This document shows positions 49,283 through 57,835 of a stretch of DNA of 58,206 bases, one piece after another (positions within the stretch are counted from its first letter, which is position 1; each line of letters begins with the position of its first letter). Both the position numbers and the translations under genes were made by a program. The notes below the pieces were generated by a model. It was not told where the DNA came from and did no database searches. It saw nothing but the letters and a program-made list of their open reading frames with translations. This stretch comes from a virus. The stretch lies in IMG/VR virus record IMGVR_UViG_3300045988_060089. The stretch is one strand, 5' to 3'.

Positions 49283-49912
49283 TCATTCTTCATCACTCCA
49301 ACCTAATTTCTGACCACAATTCTTGCAATAATCATATCTGTCATGTGTTTTCAGCCATTCATCAAGGATTTGTTCGTCTCTATGCTTTTCAAATACCGCT
49401 ATTGCATCTGCCAGAAAGTCGGTCTGGGCAAACCATTTCAGATCGTCAATCACTTTCCACGGGTTATCGCCAGATACATTCATACAAACTTCATGTAACC
49501 TTTCCATTTGATCGCAGTCTTTATATTTTTCCTCTATTTCTGCGATAGGAGATTTTAATGCGTGATAATTGCGAATGTGAACATAATTGAAGTATGCCGA
49601 GGAATATTCCCCTACTTCATACTCTCCGGGTTCAAATGTGTGGTTTTGCATCACGATCTGCAAAGCAACTGGAAGTTCGATAATGAGCATTTCGGCTTTT
49701 TCAATATCCTCAGCAGCGTATTCTCCACTTTCTTCATCGCAGTGCCATCCCATGATTTCACACACATTTGTTGTGGGGCCGCTGTTCCCAAATGGTCTTT
49801 TAACATCTATTGCCGGTCTATACCTATCCTCAGAATCTATTAAAATAGAGATTCTAAAATTAAGGTCTGTCATAATCTTTATGTGCTCCGGTTTTAATTC
49901 AAAACTTGGCAT
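49283..49912 (-). CDS. Hypothetical protein (209 aa)
   Basis: ggaggtaggttgat SD before MPSFELKPEH; C-terminal CKNCGQ. Confidence 0.6.
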   Translation of the reverse strand: MPSFELKPEHIKIMTDLNFRISILIDSEDRYRPAIDVKRPFGNSGPTTNVCEIMGWHCDEESGEYAAEDIEKAEMLIIELPVALQIVMQNHTFEPGEYEVGEYSSAYFNYVHIRNYHALKSPIAEIEEKYKDCDQMERLHEVCMNVSGDNPWKVIDDLKWFAQTDFLADAIAVFEKHRDEQILDEWLKTHDRYDYCKNCGQKLGWSDEE

Positions 49913-49999
49913 ATCAACCTACCTCCGTTTCATTCCTCTGACTGTCTACTTCTCTCTTGCTTCCAACAGGCTATTAAATGTAAATCCTTCACTTATACA

Positions 50000-50251
50000 T
50001 TAATCCTCGAATTTCATGTATTCTTCCATGTTCTCCGGTGTGATGTTTCTCCCAATCATAGATTTGCAGATTTCTACTGATTTCCGGCATTCCTCCACCG
50101 TACCTATCTGCCGGTACTGCTGAACTTCTTCCAGTGCCTTGATTGCCATCTCGTAACCTTGGATTTCGTTTTTTCTCTCGCAATTCTGTATACACATTTT
50201 GGCTAAATCAATAGATGTCTCAAGTTCTTTGATTGCTTCATTCTCCGTCAT
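50000..50251 (-). CDS. Hypothetical protein
   Basis: aaggagga SD; ATG at 50251 (track starts at GTG 50257). Confidence 0.55.
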   Translation of the reverse strand: MTENEAIKELETSIDLAKMCIQNCERKNEIQGYEMAIKALEEVQQYRQIGTVEECRKSVEICKSMIGRNITPENMEEYMKFED

Positions 50252-50263
50252 ATCCACTCCTCC

Positions 50264-50467
50264 TTAACTCCATTTAAAATCCTCACAAGGTCTCATTCTC
50301 CGCTGATTCTTACCCCTTTTATTGCATATTCCCCAACCACCGTAATGACAATCTTCGCAGGTAATCGGATATTGATTTAAATTTTCCTCAATACATTTCT
50401 TGCACTGGTAAGAATTTTGATTATACACATACCGACAATTACGATTCTTGCGTTTGCATGTCTCCAT
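50264..50467 (-). CDS. Cys-rich small protein
   Basis: ggaggagaaat SD before METCKRKNRNCRY; CKKC..CEDC. Confidence 0.5.
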   Translation of the reverse strand: METCKRKNRNCRYVYNQNSYQCKKCIEENLNQYPITCEDCHYGGWGICNKRGKNQRRMRPCEDFKWS

Positions 50468-50906
50468 ATTTCTCCTCCAACAGTTCCGGATCGTCAAATA
50501 CGTTTCCGACAACCTCATAAATACAATCACTGCTTATACGTGGCTTCGATAATCCGTACTCATTACTTGTCCGATAAAATCCGGCATAATTTTCATCCCA
50601 AAGTACAGTTCCGGTGCAATAGTTTTCTGGATGTGCATCATCATTGTAATGCTTAACAATATCATTCTCCCAAATTATAGTACCGTTCTTGTCCTTAAGT
50701 CCGGTGCACCAGCAGACGGTTTTAGGTATAACCTCTACAATCTTATTTCCATGACTATTTTTTCCGCTATCAACGTCATAAAACTTTTCCGGCTCATTTA
50801 CGATAATTACCGTCTTTTCTCCAAGGACTGCACAAAATCCAGTTACCCACTGTTTTCTAGTCCCTATTGGTCTTGCTTTACATAAATATCTATCCTGCAT
50901 CCTCAT
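50439..50906 (-). CDS. YopX family protein
   Basis: WVTGF..., C-terminal YEVVGNVFDDPELLE typical of YopX. Confidence 0.7.
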   Translation of the reverse strand: MRMQDRYLCKARPIGTRKQWVTGFCAVLGEKTVIIVNEPEKFYDVDSGKNSHGNKIVEVIPKTVCWCTGLKDKNGTIIWENDIVKHYNDDAHPENYCTGTVLWDENYAGFYRTSNEYGLSKPRISSDCIYEVVGNVFDDPELLEEKYGDMQTQES

Positions 50907-51199
50907 TCCTCGCTCTCTGCCTTAAGCCATTGTTCCACCTCTGTAACAGAACACATTGCTACGCCGCCCTCAATGGTCTTTGCGCTACCCTCATCATATG
51001 TTTCGATTGAACAAATGAAATCTAAAAGTTCCTCGTCCGTCATGCTCCTGATCCGGTCTGCGTTGGTCATAGGTGCGTAGTGCTCGCAATCTCTTTCTAT
51101 GTCCTCATGCGGACAGTCGTTGATTTTCTCACACCATGAGTACGCATCAAACCCATTATCCTTTGTTTCTAAATTCTTGCAGTTATTACATCTCGCCAT
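50903..51199 (-). CDS. Hypothetical protein
   Basis: ORF track; CNNC..C..C N-terminal cysteines. Confidence 0.55.
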   Translation of the reverse strand: MARCNNCKNLETKDNGFDAYSWCEKINDCPHEDIERDCEHYAPMTNADRIRSMTDEELLDFICSIETYDEGSAKTIEGGVAMCSVTEVEQWLKAESEE

Positions 51200-51206
51200 C
51201 TTCCAC

Positions 51207-51434
51207 CTACTTTTCTTGCAAAAATCTCTTTATGACATCAATATCTCTGTCCAGCACGCTTAAATGCTCTTTGTTCATTTTTTGATAGACAATCAAGGGG
51301 TTCTGTCTTCCTGCCTTTTTCGCTCTTAATACTTCCCATATACCTTTCGGTTCTTCAATCGTCCATCCGGTTTTGATAAGCCATTTGCTAAAAGCATATA
51401 ATTTGTTGCTATGTAATGTGTGTCTATTTGCCAT
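51207..51434 (-). CDS. Hypothetical protein
   Basis: Internal start MANRHTLHSNKLY just after the upstream stop. The longer track ORF overlaps 51439-51864. Confidence 0.45.
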   Translation of the reverse strand: MANRHTLHSNKLYAFSKWLIKTGWTIEEPKGIWEVLRAKKAGRQNPLIVYQKMNKEHLSVLDRDIDVIKRFLQEK

Positions 51435-51438
51435 CTTC

Positions 51439-51864
51439 TTACTCACTTTCCATGTACGGCTCCGGCAGTGGCATCCAGGCTGTGATTTCAATTTCATCAT
51501 CAACAACATCAGGTTCATAATATCCGTATTCCTTGAGATAATCTTCACATACTGCCGAATACCAGTACCATTCCCCCTCGTAGCAGATACCAGTTGCTGT
51601 GAACGGTACATCTTTAATGCTTGCATAATAAGGATCCGGATTGTGGTTTACCCATGTAATATTGACAGGAACATAATCTTCCGGCAGTCTCTCGCTTACC
51701 GGAATCCATACCGGCTGATTCTGCAAGGCGGTGATTGCCATTTGTAATGCATCCTCACAGCAATGATTCACTCCTGTTTGTCCGTACAGAGGACATTCTT
51801 CACAAACCTCTGAGTACCGTTCACTCTGAGCCTTTAAGCAGTAAATAACTTCTTCTCTCTCCAT
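51439..51864 (-). CDS. DUF551-like protein
   Basis: aaaggag SD before MEREEVIY; WIPVSERLPED motif. Confidence 0.5.
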   Translation of the reverse strand: MEREEVIYCLKAQSERYSEVCEECPLYGQTGVNHCCEDALQMAITALQNQPVWIPVSERLPEDYVPVNITWVNHNPDPYYASIKDVPFTATGICYEGEWYWYSAVCEDYLKEYGYYEPDVVDDEIEITAWMPLPEPYMESE

Positions 51865-52018
51865 CCTTGCTCCTTTCCGCAATCCTCGGCTTGCTCTCCA
51901 TCACTGGATAGCTGCAGTCATACGGCTTCGTGCGTCCGATTCTAATAGCATCAGCAACCGGATGTGTAGCCATGTAGAGTAAATCACCGTTCTGAAAGTT
52001 TCCTGTTCCCTCTCTCAT
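51821..52018 (-). CDS. Hypothetical protein
   Basis: Internal start MREGTGNF with ATGA overlap to the upstream gene. Confidence 0.35.
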   Translation of the reverse strand: MREGTGNFQNGDLLYMATHPVADAIRIGRTKPYDCSYPVMESKPRIAERSKDGERRSYLLLKGSE

Positions 52019-52326
52019 ACAGCTACGCTCCTTTTTCCGTATGTACTTGCGATTCTGTATACATTGCAAATTTCTCTGTAATATTTTTCTTGTGCATGGA
52101 TATGAGCATCCACACGGTCAAGTTCCGTCTCACACCACTTTGCAAATTCTTCTGTGGACAATGGTGTCTCTGAAACATCGAATTTCTCTATGTTGTCAAT
52201 CACAAAACGCACCATGTCAACCGGGATGTGGTTCAAATCCGCAAGAATCTGAATCTGCTTATCTTTATCCTCTGCTTTTTCATAATTAGCCAACAATTCA
52301 TAACCTGTCATCTGCATTTGTATCAC
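52015..52326 (-). CDS. Hypothetical protein
   Basis: ORF track, 103 aa, acidic. Confidence 0.55.
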   Translation of the reverse strand: MIQMQMTGYELLANYEKAEDKDKQIQILADLNHIPVDMVRFVIDNIEKFDVSETPLSTEEFAKWCETELDRVDAHIHAQEKYYREICNVYRIASTYGKRSVAV

Positions 52327-52745
52327 CTCTTATCAAGTTTTATTTCTTTGTCGTAGCAACTTTTCTTCGGATTTCCCTCTACTGGGGAAACCATCTTTTT
52401 AGGATCCGTAGTATATGCTCCGTTTAGTTTCAAACCTATTTTGCTTTTTTCGTCCACGTAGCATGACGGCTTGTAACGATCCGGTGGAATGTAATTGTGA
52501 ATGCGCCAGTGCTTTACAAGCATAACACCACTATCGAAAGATAAAAGGAATCTATTGTCTATCAATGCTTTCAAATCATCATCAGAAGCACCGCACATCC
52601 TTGTGATTTTCCGTGGATTATTCACGAATCCGTCATCGTCAGCGTTCATACAGATATGGAAATAAAGCATTTGAGCCGTAGCAGGAATATCCAAAAAAGC
52701 ATCACTCTCAATTATTTTTGCGCTGAACATTCGTTTTTCTGCCAT
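52323..52745 (-). CDS. Phage replisome organizer (N-terminal domain family)
   Basis: MFSAKIIESDAFLDIPATAQMLYFHICMNADDDGFVNNPRKITRMCGAS.DDLKALIDNRFLL matches the Phage_rep_org_N pattern. Confidence 0.7.
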   Translation of the reverse strand: MAEKRMFSAKIIESDAFLDIPATAQMLYFHICMNADDDGFVNNPRKITRMCGASDDDLKALIDNRFLLSFDSGVMLVKHWRIHNYIPPDRYKPSCYVDEKSKIGLKLNGAYTTDPKKMVSPVEGNPKKSCYDKEIKLDKR

Positions 52746-52755
52746 TTATAACTCC

Positions 52756-53331
52756 TTACTCAAAAATAGGCTTCTCAATATAGATCCCGGTATTTTCCAC
52801 CAGTTCTCTCCATAAATCCATGAAATCCTTTCCGTTGCACTTGTCTCCGGCTTTGTCCATGTGGTCAGAAAACTTATCCTTGAAATTCGTCAGCTTCTTC
52901 TTACCGAATCCATCTTCCATAAGGATTACCATTCCATATAGGATGTACCTTGTGGACAACTCATTGATAAGATTGTTACATCTGACCTGTTCCTGGATGC
53001 ATTTCTGCGCTACAACCGACTTGTAATGTGGATAATCAGCTTCGGTAAATTCCTTGTACTCAATCGTCCAGTCTGCAAAATCGTTAAGCCTGCTCTGTAA
53101 CTCCGTATAAGGCTCATTCTCGTACTTTTCATTGTATTCGGTGAATTTACCGCAAAAGTCGGAAAGTCTCGTCTGTGAGTACTTATAGTCTTTCCACAAG
53201 GTATAGCAGAACAGTGTCAGTATTCCGGTGAATGGACTTCTATTCGCAGACTGCTTCAAAAGTTCTGTCTGCCGCATGATTTTCAAAATTTCCTGCGGAT
53301 TGTCATATCGTTTTGGCATTTTATGTATCAC
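52756..53331 (-). CDS. Hypothetical protein (replication module; start GTG 53331 or ATG 53319)
   Basis: ORF track, 191 aa. Confidence 0.55.
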   Translation of the reverse strand: MIHKMPKRYDNPQEILKIMRQTELLKQSANRSPFTGILTLFCYTLWKDYKYSQTRLSDFCGKFTEYNEKYENEPYTELQSRLNDFADWTIEYKEFTEADYPHYKSVVAQKCIQEQVRCNNLINELSTRYILYGMVILMEDGFGKKKLTNFKDKFSDHMDKAGDKCNGKDFMDLWRELVENTGIYIEKPIFE

Positions 53332-53519
53332 CTCTTTTCAAGTTCTGGCTCTTTCCTTTTGCAATGAGTAGCACCGTATTCTGATTTTCCTACATATTCG
53401 TAGCAATCAACACATTTCCATCTACCACTTTGATACGGTTTGTGAGTACGTCCGTTGATTGAGTGCATTGTGTTTGGGTACTCATTCCAACAGCTACAAT
53501 CGTAATTTTTTTCACTCAT
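53328..53519 (-). CDS. Cys-rich small protein
   Basis: ORF track; CSC..C..C..HC. Confidence 0.5.
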   Translation of the reverse strand: MSEKNYDCSCWNEYPNTMHSINGRTHKPYQSGRWKCVDCYEYVGKSEYGATHCKRKEPELEKR

Positions 53520-53710
53520 GTAATCTTCTCAAATTGATTTAACAGGCATTCCTTACAAAAATGTACACCGTCAAACTCGTAAAGTTCCTCTACCTCTTCC
53601 TTACAATCATCGCAATACAAATGTTTCACATTTATGTTCGGGCACCTATTGCCGAGACATGGATAAGCTTTCGTTGCACATCCGTAGCATTCGCCTTTGT
53701 ATTTCACCAT
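53516..53710 (-). CDS. Zn-ribbon small protein
   Basis: CYGC..C..C..CDDC..CKEC. Confidence 0.5.
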   Translation of the reverse strand: MVKYKGECYGCATKAYPCLGNRCPNINVKHLYCDDCKEEVEELYEFDGVHFCKECLLNQFEKIT

Positions 53711-53901
53711 TTTCTGAAAAACTCCTTTAATTTATTGCAGACTTGCTGAAATCTATACTTAAACAAGTACTTTTTAAAAGATTCAGTTCCATATTGATAG
53801 CAAAGATACATAATCTGTTTTTGAGTAGAAAGAGATTCATAAAACTCCTTGTCAGTTTCTTCAACGTATTGTAAAAGTACTTCATAGTCTGTTTTATTCA
53901 T
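53704..53901 (-). CDS. Hypothetical protein
   Basis: Internal start MNKTDYEVLL overlapping the GIY-YIG gene stop. Confidence 0.45.
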   Translation of the reverse strand: MNKTDYEVLLQYVEETDKEFYESLSTQKQIMYLCYQYGTESFKKYLFKYRFQQVCNKLKEFFRKW

Positions 53902-54520
53902 TACTTTTACCATCCTTTTCTCCATGCAAAAGTTCCATAAACTTCGCAAACTGTTTCTGCGACACGGAATTGTTCTGCTTCTCAGGCTTCAATCCGATGA
54001 CCAGATGCTTGTCGGCAATGTTCGCCAATTCCCTTGCAAGGTTGATTTTGCCTTGTGCCAATCCATCACGGTAACCTTTTCCCGGCTTCATTACACCAGT
54101 TACCATTTTCCCTTGTCCTTGGCTTCCTGCTGTAATGTTGTACATTTGTATTCCTTGGTCACCAAACATTTTAATGTACTTTACTTCCTCTTCATCTAAA
54201 TGTTCTTTATCAACTAAGTGATACCAAATATTCCAACCGGACGGATTATCTTCTGTACAAAGTCCATGTTTTTTAAGGCTAAGTGCTATATGATCATATT
54301 CAAGCAAATGAGAAGCGCACCTGTCACACAAGGCAACTGCCTGTCCGCAGTATCCCCTTTTTATTCCTGCTTCGTCCGTTCTGTAAAAAAGATAGATTCC
54401 ACTATCGTTAGGTATTGTAGGGCAAGTTTTTTTGATGCGTTTCACTGCTTCTGCTTTTTTAGCGTATATCTTCTTCCAGTCACTCAAAACGGACACTCCT
54501 TTCCATTCTGTAAAATCCAT
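53894..54520 (-). CDS. GIY-YIG nuclease-domain protein
   Basis: SGIYLFYRTDEAGIKRGYCGQA..; start is ATG 54520, or TTG 54487 (aaaggag SD, overlaps the MBL gene stop). Confidence 0.6.
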   Translation of the reverse strand: MDFTEWKGVSVLSDWKKIYAKKAEAVKRIKKTCPTIPNDSGIYLFYRTDEAGIKRGYCGQAVALCDRCASHLLEYDHIALSLKKHGLCTEDNPSGWNIWYHLVDKEHLDEEEVKYIKMFGDQGIQMYNITAGSQGQGKMVTGVMKPGKGYRDGLAQGKINLARELANIADKHLVIGLKPEKQNNSVSQKQFAKFMELLHGEKDGKSNE

Positions 54521-55176
54521 TCCTTGCCTGCTGCTGCAACGTCCACATTCGCCAATGGAGCAATATTTTTTACCTCTGCTACACATTCATCAGAATCGGT
54601 TGTATCACCGCCTAAATGGCACAATATGACTTTTTGCAAGGCATCTGATTTGTTCGCTCCAACAATTCCTTTGCAGGTTTCCAGTTCGCAGTGACCTTTG
54701 ACCTTGTGAACGTAATTAGGTGCATCCATGTCAACATATTTCTTCTGATAGTTGCACTCGATCAGCATATGGTCTAACCGCTGTTTTTTGAACACATACG
54801 AACAATATTCAAGGTCTGTCAGATACAGAAGTTTCTGATTGTCAACCATAATCAAAAATCCGTAGTTCTCTGTGCCGTTGTGTGGCACTTGAAAGCAGAA
54901 TATGTGGAATTTTCCCATCTGTCTTTCACGTTCTGAATGGTCTGACTGCGGTTGCCACACCTTTATTCCCATGTGTTCAAGGTCTGATACGGATAATGAG
55001 TGGTCTTTGTGCGCATGGGTGCATATCGCACCCACAACACACTTTATATTCCAGTTAAGACCACGCTTTATGTCCATGATAGGAAGTCCTGCATCCAGTA
55101 AAAGCGTTTCACCGTTATCTGCCGTCAGAAGATAGCAGTTACCTGAAGAACCGGATCCTAAACATTTTAGCTTCAT
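54484..55176 (-). CDS. Metallo-beta-lactamase-fold hydrolase/nuclease
   Basis: MKLKCLGSGSSGNCYLL..LLLDAG..THAHKDHS. Confidence 0.75.
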   Translation of the reverse strand: MKLKCLGSGSSGNCYLLTADNGETLLLDAGLPIMDIKRGLNWNIKCVVGAICTHAHKDHSLSVSDLEHMGIKVWQPQSDHSERERQMGKFHIFCFQVPHNGTENYGFLIMVDNQKLLYLTDLEYCSYVFKKQRLDHMLIECNYQKKYVDMDAPNYVHKVKGHCELETCKGIVGANKSDALQKVILCHLGGDTTDSDECVAEVKNIAPLANVDVAAAGKEWILQNGKECPF

Positions 55177-55550
55177 GTTTCTACCTCAATTTCGTCATCT
55201 TTTGGAAACTGAAATATGCAGTTATTTACATATTCAACTTTTGATGGCTCATTGTTCATGGTTTGAACTATAATTCCACTATTTTTCAATTTTTCAAACT
55301 GTTTTACCACATCTTCTGTAATTTCAACATTTTGAAAAAGAATCGGCATACCAACGTATGCTTTTCTAAGCATTTCCATAGCTTTCTTCGATTTTTCTTC
55401 TTTGGAATATGTAGCTACAACGCCATGCGCAATTTCTGAGGGTCTGGCAATGGTATCTCTTATCGCAACAATGGAATTATCTTTTGTAATTCCAAAGCAA
55501 AAATTTTCATATGGAATATCAGTTCTACCGTCCTGTGAAATAATTCTCAT
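55173..55550 (-). CDS. Hypothetical protein
   Basis: gggagga SD before MRIISQDGRTD. The longer track ORF overlaps recT. Confidence 0.5.
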   Translation of the reverse strand: MRIISQDGRTDIPYENFCFGITKDNSIVAIRDTIARPSEIAHGVVATYSKEEKSKKAMEMLRKAYVGMPILFQNVEITEDVVKQFEKLKNSGIIVQTMNNEPSKVEYVNNCIFQFPKDDEIEVET

Positions 55551-55560
55551 GGTGTCCTCC

Positions 55561-56310
55561 CTACTTAAAGCAATCCGGTGTCTCTGCGCTGGAAATGTCA
55601 GTCTCTGCGGTCTGCGGTACTTCCTCAAATGTTGCGTCAGGAAACTCGATAGTGTTTGCATTTGCCTGTACCTCTTCTGCCACAACTTTTTCCACATCAA
55701 GTTTCACATCGGAAACATCAGGAAATTCTTCCTGCGCATACAAACCTTGGAATTTATCCGGAAAAGCTTCTCTTAATGCCTGTACAACAGCAACTTTTCT
55801 TATCATTGTTGCAGGCTTTTTAGACCATTGACCGTTTATTGTTCCATCTTTTTTTCTTCCAACATATTCATCGAAAGATACTGACTGGTACTCCGGTGTC
55901 TCTCTTCCTTTGATAAACACTTTAGCCCAACCTCCTACAATAGATTCGTCCTTAAGGACAAAAGATCCTTCTCTTTCTTCAACGGAACCATCTTTCTTCT
56001 GAACAATAATTCCTGCTTTTTTTCCTGCATAATTCGGATTTGCATCGGCTCTTTTTGTAAAAACATCTTTTCCGGTAACAATCGTAGCAGGATCATTGTT
56101 TCCAAACTTAATGAGGTATGCTTCTTTCAAAAAAGGATTAAGATGCTGATATCTGCAAAGAGACATAAACATCATTACTTCCTGATCCGATACGTTTCCA
56201 CCACCGCTTACAAGGTACTTTCTTACCGTTGTTGGGGAAATTTTTACAATTTCCCCATTTGATTCGTATTCCACAATTCCTGTGTTTTCCTGCTTCTTTT
56301 CGTCTGCCAT
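55561..56310 (-). CDS. recT: RecT/Bet-family single-strand annealing recombinase
   Basis: VRKYLVSGGGNVSDQEVMMFMSLCRYQHLNPFLKEAYLIKFGN..ATIVTGKDVF..NYAG is typical of RecT. Confidence 0.8.
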   Translation of the reverse strand: MADEKKQENTGIVEYESNGEIVKISPTTVRKYLVSGGGNVSDQEVMMFMSLCRYQHLNPFLKEAYLIKFGNNDPATIVTGKDVFTKRADANPNYAGKKAGIIVQKKDGSVEEREGSFVLKDESIVGGWAKVFIKGRETPEYQSVSFDEYVGRKKDGTINGQWSKKPATMIRKVAVVQALREAFPDKFQGLYAQEEFPDVSDVKLDVEKVVAEEVQANANTIEFPDATFEEVPQTAETDISSAETPDCFK

Positions 56311-56318
56311 GTTTCTAC

Positions 56319-57161
56319 CTACCTTTCTACCTTTTTGATGCCGTCAATGTTAATGATGAATACCTGGCTTGTCTTTGGATTCTGAATAAGTGCAAGAGTT
56401 TTCCGCTTATCGTCATCGTGTTGCGAAATGTTCAAAACCTTTGCAACCATTCCGTCTTCAACAGAAACTTCCTTAACATAATTTTGCCTATAACTTCCAA
56501 GTCCACTCCATTTATCATATGATGAATAGCAATGACCGCTATGTGTTACCTCTACCATGTCACCGACACGGATTTCGCTGTCATCATCTTCCTGCGATTT
56601 TTCTTCCGGTTTGTAGTTTTCAAGGACAACGTACTCTCTGTGCCATACGAAACACCTTTTAACAGAGTTTTCAACATCACATGTTGAGTTCTTAACACCA
56701 ATTACTCTGAAAATCTCTCCGTTTTCATATGGTATAAGAAAAGGTTTCGCATCCACAATTTTGATGTACTCACCGACTTTAGCTTTTCTCTTCACCTCCC
56801 GTACACCGTTATCAGGCTTCACATCCTCGCCCATCAGCCGATTGAAAGCCAACTTTGCACCAGTACGGAAATCAAATTCATCAGCCGGATTGCAGTTTGC
56901 TTCTGCTTTCTCGCCAGTGGACTTGTCCAGTGCTATCACTTTGTTGTCCTTGCGGTAGATGACAATAGTTGTGTCTACTTTTTCTAAAGCGGCAGAGAAT
57001 ATAGAACCTATTTGGAAATGTTTTAAACAAATGCTTTCCCCAACTACATCTTTGTAAAAAACAGTGCCACCACTGATTTCTGTGATTTCAATTACTGCAC
57101 CCTTGTCTACAAACAATTTGCTTGTATATCTTTCTCCAACCTTAAATTTACGTTCTTTCAT
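56319..57161 (-). CDS. Hypothetical protein (280 aa)
   Basis: Start MKERKFKVGERY right after the upstream stop; NCNPADEFDFRTGAKLAFNRL segment. Confidence 0.55.
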   Translation of the reverse strand: MKERKFKVGERYTSKLFVDKGAVIEITEISGGTVFYKDVVGESICLKHFQIGSIFSAALEKVDTTIVIYRKDNKVIALDKSTGEKAEANCNPADEFDFRTGAKLAFNRLMGEDVKPDNGVREVKRKAKVGEYIKIVDAKPFLIPYENGEIFRVIGVKNSTCDVENSVKRCFVWHREYVVLENYKPEEKSQEDDDSEIRVGDMVEVTHSGHCYSSYDKWSGLGSYRQNYVKEVSVEDGMVAKVLNISQHDDDKRKTLALIQNPKTSQVFIINIDGIKKVER

Positions 57162-57162
57162 C

Positions 57163-57360
57163 TTACAGTCCCCACTTTCTGTCAAAATCTTCCATTGACT
57201 TTGTAACCTTTGCATTAACCACCACAGCCGAAATCACCATGATTGCATAGACAACAAATGCTAAAATCTCCGGCAGTAGTACAAGCCACCATGACCAGCT
57301 AATCACTCCAAGTAACTTCAGAGCAATGAAAACGATCGTTAAAACCTCTGTAAATCCCAT
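57163..57360 (-). CDS. Two-TM small membrane protein
   Basis: TIVFIALKLLGVISWSWWLVLLPEILAFVVYAIMVISAVVV. Confidence 0.55.
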   Translation of the reverse strand: MGFTEVLTIVFIALKLLGVISWSWWLVLLPEILAFVVYAIMVISAVVVNAKVTKSMEDFDRKWGL

Positions 57361-57378
57361 GCTATTCTTCCTCGCTTC

Positions 57379-57549
57379 CTAAATCTCATTGAATGCCTGC
57401 ACAGCAAACAACTCATTAGCAGTTTCCTTGTAAACCTTGTCATCGACACGGACAACGTAAATTCCATTCTCAAAAGAAAGGCTCTTATCAAAAATTCCAA
57501 CCTTGGGAATAAAAACTCTCTGCATCTTCAAAACATTAGATTTTCTCAT
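57379..57549 (-). CDS. Hypothetical protein
   Basis: gagga SD before MRKSNVLKMQ, immediately after the upstream stop. Confidence 0.45.
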   Translation of the reverse strand: MRKSNVLKMQRVFIPKVGIFDKSLSFENGIYVVRVDDKVYKETANELFAVQAFNEI

Positions 57550-57550
57550 A

Positions 57551-57835
57551 TTATTTTTCCTCGCTTTCCGGCTCATTCATAAATCCACTTGCAACTCCCT
57601 GATGCACTGTCACATCAGCTTTGTAAATCTCCTTGATGCTTCTAGGCATCACATGAAATGTCACATACGTATCAGCAATTTTGCCTTTGAATTTCAAGGC
57701 TCCACGGTCTGAAAGTCCCAGGTACACACCCACGCAACACTTGTCATCAAAATTGAATATCACGGTGTCACCGGCATTGATTGTTTCTCCGCTTGTTGTC
57801 AGAACAGAAATGACTGTCTCTTTCTTAATCTGCAT
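57551..57835 (-). CDS. Hypothetical protein
   Basis: ggaggtggag SD before MQIKKETVIS; overlaps the stop of the repeat protein gene. Confidence 0.5.
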   Translation of the reverse strand: MQIKKETVISVLTTSGETINAGDTVIFNFDDKCCVGVYLGLSDRGALKFKGKIADTYVTFHVMPRSIKEIYKADVTVHQGVASGFMNEPESEEK